A stretch of DNA of 41,478 bases from a virus. Taxonomy: Duplodnaviria; Caudoviricetes. Under the pieces are notes generated by a model. It searched no databases. It saw nothing but the letters and a program-made list of their open reading frames with translations, and was not told the DNA's origin. The translations under genes and the position numbers were made by a program. Shown in pieces: positions 34,840-41,478 of the stretch. The DNA is taken from positions 1 through 41,478 of IMG/VR virus record IMGVR_UViG_3300037484_000856; one strand, 5' to 3'. Within the stretch, counting starts at the first letter, position 1, and each line of letters begins with the position of its first letter.

Positions 34840-37028
34840 TGGCGCTCAACTCCCTCGTGCATCGGGCGTTCAGTGACGGCGAGATTGCGCCGGCGCTCTC
34901 GGCCCGCGCGGACCTGCCGCTCTACGGGCGCGCGCTCCGCACGTGTCGCAACTTCCTCGTGCAACGGCACGGCGGCGTGGCCAACCGATCGGGCACGACG
35001 TTCGTCGCCGAGGTGAAGAACTCGGGTAGTTCGACCTGGCTGCTCAAGTTCGTCTACAACGCGACGCAGACCTACATCCTCGAGGTGGGCGAGGGCTATC
35101 TGCGGTTCTTTCGCGACGGGGCGCGCATCCTCGTCTCTGGGGTGTCCGCCTGGTCGGGGGCGACCGCGTACGTCGTCGGGGACCTGGCCTCGAGCGCCGG
35201 CGTGAATTACTACTGCATCCTCGCGCACACCAACCATGTGCCCCCGAACGCGACGTACTGGTACGCGCTGACCTCCGACATCTTCGAGATTCCGACGCCG
35301 TTCCTCGCGAACCTGCACCTCGTGCGGGCCGTCCAGGACGTCAACGTCGTGACGTTCACGCATCAGGACTATCCGCCGCAGGAGCTCACGCGGCTCGCCG
35401 ACACGACATGGACGCTGACGCCGATCGTGACGGCGCCGTCGATCGCCGCGCCGGGGAGCCCGACGGCGACGCCCGGGACGGCGGGCGCACTCAATCCGGT
35501 CTACCAGATCACGGCGGTCGCCGCGGAGACCTTCGAGGAGTCCCTCCCCTCGAGCGGGGCGACGTGCGCGCTCGCGGCGGAGCCGACGGATCTCGCGCCG
35601 AACGCGATCGGGTGGGCCGCGGTCAGCGGGGCCTCGGAATACAAGATCTACAAGGACCCGCTCGGGAACGGCACGTTCGGCTATCTCGGCACGGCGACCG
35701 GCGTGACGGCCTTCTCCGACGGCGGGTTTGCGCCGGACTTTGCCCTCACGCCGCCGCAAGCGCGCACGCTCTTCGCCTCGACGAACAACTATCCCCACAC
35801 GGCGGCGTACTACCAGCAGCGCCGCGTGTTCGCCAACGCGCACGCCGCGGTCGCCACGGCCTGGGCGTCACGGATCGGCTTCCCCTCGAACTTCTCGATT
35901 CGCTCGCCGCTCCAAGACGACGACGCGGTCACGTGGACGTTGAGCGGCCGCCAGGTGCAGGGCATACAACACCTCCTTGGGCTGAAGCGGCTCCTGATGC
36001 TCACCGATGGCGGCGAGTGGATTGTGCACGGTGACGAGGCGGGCGTGCTGACGCCGAGCTCGATCCATCCCGATCAGGACGGGTTCTCGGGCGCCGCGGC
36101 CGCGCCGGTGCCCGCGGTGCTCGGCTCGACCGTCATCTACACGCAGTACCTCTCGCGGGTCGTGCGGAGCCTGCGGTTCGCCCAGGCCTTTGATGGCTTC
36201 GAGTCGACCGACTTGACCATCTTCGCGTCGCACCTGTTCGCGAACACGGTCGTCCGCATGGACGCGGCGCTCATCCCGTACTCGATCGTCTGGTGCGTCC
36301 GCGACGACGGGGTCCTGCTCGGACTCACGTATCTCCCCGAGCTCGAGAGCTACGGGTGGCACCGCCACGACACCGGCGCGAGCGGGCTCTTCGAGGACGT
36401 CTGTGTCGTCCCGGAAGGCAGCGAGCACGCGGTGTACGTGCTCGTGCACCGCACGATCGACGGCAGCGAGGTCCGCTACCTGGAGCGATTCGCGCCGCGG
36501 GTCGTGCCGACCGACGCGACGCTCGAGGATCAGATCTTCCTCGACTGCAGCGCCACGCAGGACGGCGTCTCCTCGACATCCGTCACTGGCCTTGACCACC
36601 TCGAGGGCGAGGAGGTCTACGCCTTTGCGGACGGCCTGGTACAGGGCCCGTTCACCGTCGTCGCCGGCGCGATCACGTTGACGACGGCCGCGGCGCTCGT
36701 GCACGTCGGGCTGCGCATCACGGCGGAGATCGAGACGCTCGAGCTCGACGTCGCCGGCACGGACGTCCGCGCGAAGGAGAAGCGGATCCAGTCGCTCGCG
36801 GCGATCGTCGAGAGCTCCGTCGGCGGGTTCTACGCGGGACCCGACGAGGATCACCTCCATCGGCATCGGCGGGAGGCCTGGCAACCGGCGACCGGGCTCT
36901 TGAGTGACCAGTTCGAGGTGAACCTCACGTCGTCGTTCAACAAGCACGGGCGCACGGTGATCCGACACGTGGACCCGACCCCGTTGTCGATTCTCGGCGT
37001 GATTCCGCGCTTTGCGGTCGGAGGGTAG
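34839..37028 (+). CDS. Tail tubular protein B / nozzle with CBM-like insertion
   Basis: FSDGEIAP.L.ARADL, CRNFLVQRHGGVANRSGT, YYQQRRVFA, GWHRHDT, GLDHLEGE. Confidence 0.88.
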   Translation: MALNSLVHRAFSDGEIAPALSARADLPLYGRALRTCRNFLVQRHGGVANRSGTTFVAEVKNSGSSTWLLKFVYNATQTYILEVGEGYLRFFRDGARILVSGVSAWSGATAYVVGDLASSAGVNYYCILAHTNHVPPNATYWYALTSDIFEIPTPFLANLHLVRAVQDVNVVTFTHQDYPPQELTRLADTTWTLTPIVTAPSIAAPGSPTATPGTAGALNPVYQITAVAAETFEESLPSSGATCALAAEPTDLAPNAIGWAAVSGASEYKIYKDPLGNGTFGYLGTATGVTAFSDGGFAPDFALTPPQARTLFASTNNYPHTAAYYQQRRVFANAHAAVATAWASRIGFPSNFSIRSPLQDDDAVTWTLSGRQVQGIQHLLGLKRLLMLTDGGEWIVHGDEAGVLTPSSIHPDQDGFSGAAAAPVPAVLGSTVIYTQYLSRVVRSLRFAQAFDGFESTDLTIFASHLFANTVVRMDAALIPYSIVWCVRDDGVLLGLTYLPELESYGWHRHDTGASGLFEDVCVVPEGSEHAVYVLVHRTIDGSEVRYLERFAPRVVPTDATLEDQIFLDCSATQDGVSSTSVTGLDHLEGEEVYAFADGLVQGPFTVVAGAITLTTAAALVHVGLRITAEIETLELDVAGTDVRAKEKRIQSLAAIVESSVGGFYAGPDEDHLHRHRREAWQPATGLLSDQFEVNLTSSFNKHGRTVIRHVDPTPLSILGVIPRFAVGG

Positions 37029-37030
37029 GG

Positions 37031-37552
37031 ATGGCACTCGGGACCACACTCGCGATCATCGGCCTCGCGACGTCGATCTACGGACAGGTCAAGGCCGGCC
37101 AGGCGGCGAAGAAGGTCGGCCAGAGCCAGGGCGAGCGCGAGGATTTCAACGCGCAGCAGGCCGAGATTCAGGCGGCCGACGCGCGTGCCATCGGCCACGA
37201 AGAAGAGTCGCGATTCCGTACGCAGGTCCGGGGCCTCCTCGGCTCCCAGCGCGCCGGGTTCGCCGGGCAGAACGTCGTCGTCGGGAGCGGGAGCGCCGCC
37301 GACGTGCAGGCCGACGCGGCCCGCCTGGGCGAGTTCGACGCGATCCAGATCCGGAACAACGCCGCGCGACAGGCCCGCGGCTTCGAAGCCGAAGCGACCG
37401 ATCGCCGGATGGCGGCCGACATTGCCCGGCGGGGCGGCGCGGCCGCCGCGAGCGCGGCCAATTGGGGCGCCGCGACGACCGGGGTGCTGGGGGCGAGCTC
37501 GCTCCTCATGAACCGCTACGGATACGCCCGCAGCCCCTCGAGGGCCGCGTGA
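37031..37552 (+). CDS. Small internal virion protein (T7 gp14-like position)
   Basis: Hydrophobic N-terminus, G.QRA.FAG.NV..GSGSA.DV, IR.NA.RQA.G; GGAGG RBS. Confidence 0.72.
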   Translation: MALGTTLAIIGLATSIYGQVKAGQAAKKVGQSQGEREDFNAQQAEIQAADARAIGHEEESRFRTQVRGLLGSQRAGFAGQNVVVGSGSAADVQADAARLGEFDAIQIRNNAARQARGFEAEATDRRMAADIARRGGAAAASAANWGAATTGVLGASSLLMNRYGYARSPSRAA

Positions 37553-38565
37553 TGGCGGCGCGCAGCACGATTCGGCGGTGGATTGCCAAGGCGGGTCTCA
37601 CGATCGCCGACGACCAGCTCACCCTCGCCGATAACTCCGTGTTGTCGAGTGGTGGTCCCGGGGGTGACGCGGCCTGGGGATCGATCGCGGGCACGCTGGA
37701 CGATCAGACCGATCTCCAGACCGCGCTCGACGGGAAGGCCGCAGCGACCCACGCGCACGTCATCGCCGACACGACCGGGCTCGAGGGGGCCCTCGACGGG
37801 AAGAGCGCCACCGGCCACGCCCACGCGCCAAGCGACATCACGGGGACGGCGGTCGTCACGGCCGACGCGCGGTTGTCAGACGCACGCACCCCTACGGCGC
37901 ACAGCCATCCCCAAAGCGAGGTGACCAACCTCGTGACGGATCTGGCGGCGAAGGAACCGGCCAACGCGAACATTCAGGCGCACGTCGCGAGTGCGCACGC
38001 GCCCACGGATGCGCAGAAGAACAGCGACATCACCAAGGCCGAGATCGAAGCCAAGCTGACGGGGCAGATCAGTTCGCACACCCACGCGGGCGGGAGCGAA
38101 GCGTTTCCCGTGGGGTCGGTCTTCATCGCCGTGGTGTCCACGAACCCGGCGACGCTGTTGGGGTACGGGACATGGGCGGCATTCGCCGCCGGTCGCGTCC
38201 TGGTGGGGATTGATGCCGGTGATTCCGACTTCGATACGGTTCGAGAAACCCGTGGCGCGAAGACGCACACGTTGCAAACGTCAGAAATCCCGGCCCACAC
38301 GCACACCCAGGACGCGCATACCCATACCCAGAATGCGCATCAGCACAACATCAGCCACGTGCGATCCGCGACCACGGGCGGCGCGACCACGTTGATTGCG
38401 CGAACCTCCGACACGTCCTCGACGGTGGGCGCCGACGTGCTCACGGATACCGCCACGGCCACCAATCAGAACGCGACGGCGACAAACCAGGACGCGGGCG
38501 GCGGCGGCGCCCACAACAACCTTCAGCCGTCCATCGTGGTCTACATGTGGGAAAGGACGGCCTGA
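37552..38565 (+). CDS. Fibre-like protein with HxH repeats and collar / gp10-like C-terminal domain
   Basis: WGSI.GTL.DQTDL, HAH/HSH/HTH motifs, FPVGSVFI...NPA.LLG.GTW...GRVLVG, AHNNLQP.IVVYMW.RTA. Confidence 0.7.
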   Translation: MAARSTIRRWIAKAGLTIADDQLTLADNSVLSSGGPGGDAAWGSIAGTLDDQTDLQTALDGKAAATHAHVIADTTGLEGALDGKSATGHAHAPSDITGTAVVTADARLSDARTPTAHSHPQSEVTNLVTDLAAKEPANANIQAHVASAHAPTDAQKNSDITKAEIEAKLTGQISSHTHAGGSEAFPVGSVFIAVVSTNPATLLGYGTWAAFAAGRVLVGIDAGDSDFDTVRETRGAKTHTLQTSEIPAHTHTQDAHTHTQNAHQHNISHVRSATTGGATTLIARTSDTSSTVGADVLTDTATATNQNATATNQDAGGGGAHNNLQPSIVVYMWERTA

Positions 38566-40454
38566 TGCCACGCGTCGAGCGCTACACGCAGCGACAAGTC
38601 TCCACGCGGCCGCTGCCAACCGTGCGGCGGCAGGCGGCCGAGACGTTTGCCTCGGCGGGCGGCCTGCAGGCCGAGGCCGTCGCCGGGTTCGGCGCGGCGG
38701 TGACGCGCGTCGGCCTGGACATCCACGAGGCCGAGCGGCAGCAGGCCGATACCGTCGCGCTGACAACGGCAGAGCGGCAGCTCGGCGAGATCGAGCACCA
38801 ACTCACCACCGACCCGGAGCATGGGTTCGAGACGGTGAAAGGCCAGGCCGTGCTCGGGCTCCGCAGTAGATCGATGGAGCTGTTCGACCAGCAGGCCGAC
38901 ATGATCGCGTCGAACCTGACGAGCGACCGGCAACGCCAGGCGTTCACGCGCGCCCGGGAGCAGCGGCGGTTCTCGGTGCTCGAGGGGATCGAGCGCCACA
39001 CCAGCCGCGAGCTCGCCGCCTACGACAAGGGCGAGGCGACGGCCGGGATCACGACGGCCGCGAATCTCGCGATCGCGAACGCCGAGACCCCGCGCCGGGT
39101 CGCCGAGGAGCTCGGACGCATCGACGGCCTCGTGGACACCTACGCCGGCGTGCTCGGGGTGTCGGGGCCAGAGGCAAGAAAAGAGTTCCTCGCAGACGTG
39201 CGGTCGAAGGTGCACGTCGGGGTCGTCGAGCGGCTCATCAGTCTCGATCGCGACGTCGACGCCGCGGACTACTTCGCGGAGGTCAAGGATCAGATCACGG
39301 GCAGCGCGCTCGGGGCGCTCGAGACGAAGCTTGATCTCGCGTCGACGGAAGGCATCGCCCTCCGTGCGTCCAATGAGATTTGGGACGCACACGGGCCCGA
39401 CGACGACGTCGCACCGATTGCCCTCGACACGATGGAAGCGGCCGCGCGCGCGCGGTTTGCTGATAACCCGAAGGCGCTCAAGGCGACGATCGACTGGCTG
39501 CGCCAGCGGAAGATCGGCGTCGACGCGGGCCGCAAGGAACGCGAGGAGGCGACCCTCAACACCGTCTGGGGCGCGGTCATGGAGGGCCGACCCATGACCG
39601 CGATTCAGCGGGCGCCCGCGTTCGTCTCGGCGCCGGCGCGCGTGCAGATCCAGGTCCGCGACTACTACCAGCGACAACTCGAGCACCAGGCGTCGCTCGC
39701 GTATCAGGCAGAAGCGCGCGCGAACGCGGCGGAGTCGCGCGCGTGGACGCGGGAACAACGCCAGGAGCGGCAACTCGAGATGCGCACGTGGTCGACGTAT
39801 GCCACGCTCGCCGACCCGCAGCAGCTCCGCCACATGACGCGCGGCCAGATCCTCGAGCAGCTCCCGAAGCTCGGCCGCGACAACACGAACCGGCTCCTGA
39901 ATGACCACGAGCAGCTGCTCAAGAGCGACGCGGCCGTGCGCGACGCGACGATCGACGCGGACCTCTTCACCGAGATCGCCTACGACGCGGGCCTCGACTA
40001 CGTGACCCAGACGCCGGGACAGCGGAGCGAGGCGGAGAACGCGAACGTCGGGCGGCTCCGGTCCACCGTCGAGGACGCGATCGCCTCCGCGCAGGGCCGC
40101 AAGGGGGGCCAGCTGACGCGCGAGGAGAAGCGCGCCACGATGGAGCAGATCATTGACGGCCGCGTGCGCGTCGCGGATTGGTTCTTCGACAGCGACAGCG
40201 TCGGCGCCGTCGTGCCGCCCGAATCTCGCGGCGCGGCGTACGTGCCGATCGCGCAGATCGACAGTACGCCGAAGACGTACGGGACGGCCTACACGCAGGC
40301 GCTCAACTACCTCCGCGGGCTCCCGGGCCAGGCGCGGGCGAGCGACGCCGATCTCCGCCGGCAGTTCCGCGGCCGCATCGAGAAGGCCGTCGGGCGCTCG
40401 TTCAGCGGCGCGTCGCGCCAGGAGATCGAATCCGCGCTGAAGGGTCTGGACTGA
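38565..40454 (+). CDS. Internal virion protein
   Basis: MPRV..Y..RQV start, helical Ala/Arg/Glu-rich; TGATG coupling at both ends. Confidence 0.65.
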   Translation: MPRVERYTQRQVSTRPLPTVRRQAAETFASAGGLQAEAVAGFGAAVTRVGLDIHEAERQQADTVALTTAERQLGEIEHQLTTDPEHGFETVKGQAVLGLRSRSMELFDQQADMIASNLTSDRQRQAFTRAREQRRFSVLEGIERHTSRELAAYDKGEATAGITTAANLAIANAETPRRVAEELGRIDGLVDTYAGVLGVSGPEARKEFLADVRSKVHVGVVERLISLDRDVDAADYFAEVKDQITGSALGALETKLDLASTEGIALRASNEIWDAHGPDDDVAPIALDTMEAAARARFADNPKALKATIDWLRQRKIGVDAGRKEREEATLNTVWGAVMEGRPMTAIQRAPAFVSAPARVQIQVRDYYQRQLEHQASLAYQAEARANAAESRAWTREQRQERQLEMRTWSTYATLADPQQLRHMTRGQILEQLPKLGRDNTNRLLNDHEQLLKSDAAVRDATIDADLFTEIAYDAGLDYVTQTPGQRSEAENANVGRLRSTVEDAIASAQGRKGGQLTREEKRATMEQIIDGRVRVADWFFDSDSVGAVVPPESRGAAYVPIAQIDSTPKTYGTAYTQALNYLRGLPGQARASDADLRRQFRGRIEKAVGRSFSGASRQEIESALKGLD

Positions 40455-41478
40455 TGCCGCAGCGGGGGATCTTCCCTGACCAGGCGCCGCTCGGGCCCGC
40501 GCTGGCGCCGGCCGGACGTGGACTCTTCCCGCTCGAGCCGACCTCGACGGATCCGCTCCGACGCACGCTCGACCAGGCGGCGGAGCAACCAGCGGCCGAG
40601 GCGGCGCGCGTGTTCGACCTGCGTCTGAAGACCGGCCTGCCCGAGGCCGTTATTCGGCGCAACCGCCCCGAGATCGAGGCCGAGGTCACCCGGCGCGACT
40701 TCGACCCGGAGACCTTCCGCGCGAGCTACCCGAAACTCTCCGCCTGGCTCGCGGAGGACGCGACGCGGGCCGCTGTCGCGCAGCCTGATCTCCAGGCGCT
40801 CCAGCGATTCGAGCACACGCTGTCGTTCGGGGCGTCGATTCTCCGCGGCGTCGACCAGGTGCAAGGGATGACCGGCGGGTTCCTCGAGGCGGTCGGCGAA
40901 GCCGTCGGCGCCGAGGGACTCGCCACCTACGGCCGGGACGTGCGCACGTTCAACGCGCGGCAGGCCGAGGACCTGGGACCTCGCACCTCCGTCTTTGCGC
41001 TCCGTGGACCGTGGGACCTCGCGCAGTGGCTCAAGGAAACCGTCGGCGAGCAGATGTCCGTCATGGCGCCCATTCTGGCTGGCGGCGCCGTGGGCGCGGG
41101 CATTGGGTCCGTCCTGCCGGGCGGCGGGACGGTGGTCGGGGGCCTCCTCGGCGCGTTCGTGCCCTCGTTTGTGCTGAGCGTCGGCGAGGTGCAGGGGAAT
41201 ATCAAGGACGTCGATCCGGAGGCCTCGGCGCCGGCGGCCGCCTTCATCGGGGGCAGCGCGATCGCGGCCCTCGACTCCGTGCTCCCGGGCCGTGTCGGCG
41301 GGACGCTCGTGCGCACGTTCGGCCGCGAGACCGCAGAAGCCCTCGCCAGACGCGCCCTGTTGGCGCCCGTGAAGCCCGCGTTCCTCCGGTCGACTGTCGG
41401 GGGCACGGTGCGGGGGATGGCCATCGAGGGGCTCACAGAGGCCTTCCAGGAGGCGATCGGGGCGGAAGCCGCGGCCGC
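40454..41478 (+). CDS. N-terminal part of a giant internal virion protein, running off the window end
   Basis: TGATG start, MPQRGIFPDQ...; I saw no stop; includes Gly/Ala hydrophobic segments (GGAVGAGIGSVLPGGGTVVGGLLG); absent from the ORF track. Confidence 0.7.
   Translation, partial: MPQRGIFPDQAPLGPALAPAGRGLFPLEPTSTDPLRRTLDQAAEQPAAEAARVFDLRLKTGLPEAVIRRNRPEIEAEVTRRDFDPETFRASYPKLSAWLAEDATRAAVAQPDLQALQRFEHTLSFGASILRGVDQVQGMTGGFLEAVGEAVGAEGLATYGRDVRTFNARQAEDLGPRTSVFALRGPWDLAQWLKETVGEQMSVMAPILAGGAVGAGIGSVLPGGGTVVGGLLGAFVPSFVLSVGEVQGNIKDVDPEASAPAAAFIGGSAIAALDSVLPGRVGGTLVRTFGRETAEALARRALLAPVKPAFLRSTVGGTVRGMAIEGLTEAFQEAIGAEAAA

Noticed and set aside
34294-35261. Diversity-generating retroelement TR/VR pair, suspected because the phage is BPP-1-like
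   Set aside because: Differences between the two copies are not confined to adenines, both copies are mid-gene coding modules, and no reverse transcriptase or avd gene is visible. The missing genome segment cannot be excluded.
262-39908. Many long antisense and alternative-frame ORFs (e.g. 262-1434, 6545-7921, 22024-23301, 27397-28743, 38541-39908)
   Set aside because: Arg/Pro-rich shadows of real genes, expected in high-GC DNA; no motifs or start signals.
1-41478. Direct terminal repeat or circular overlap of the window ends
   Set aside because: The first and last bases do not match, so completeness cannot be claimed.

Overview
The window is almost the whole genome of a high-GC temperate phage with podovirus, BPP-1/T7-like head and tail genes. 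It is in the excised (attP) arrangement and is opened inside the giant internal-virion gene: the C-terminal part is at 1-2373 and a probable N-terminal part is at 40454-end, with no terminal overlap, so some sequence is missing. Gene order: fibre/spike genes, lysis cassette, attP region, integrase, immunity switch, early recombination and replication genes, terminase, portal, scaffold, capsid, cement, accessory insertions, tail tube A/B, internal virion proteins. The most unusual locus is around attP (about 8355-10401). A perfect chromosomal-type parS 16-mer sits 10 bp before a tRNA-Arg(UCU) 3'-half att core. Next is a GIY-YIG/T5orf172 nuclease whose N-terminus resembles the N-terminal (arm-binding) region of the convergent integrase, and that integrase lacks the canonical first catalytic Arg. 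Other candidates: two GT29-like glycosyltransferase-fold genes in the head module, the same CBM5/12-like module in both tail tube proteins, a signal-peptide-like capsid leader, and an Acb2/Tad1-like sponge. All family calls come from recognising motifs by eye; no database search was run.
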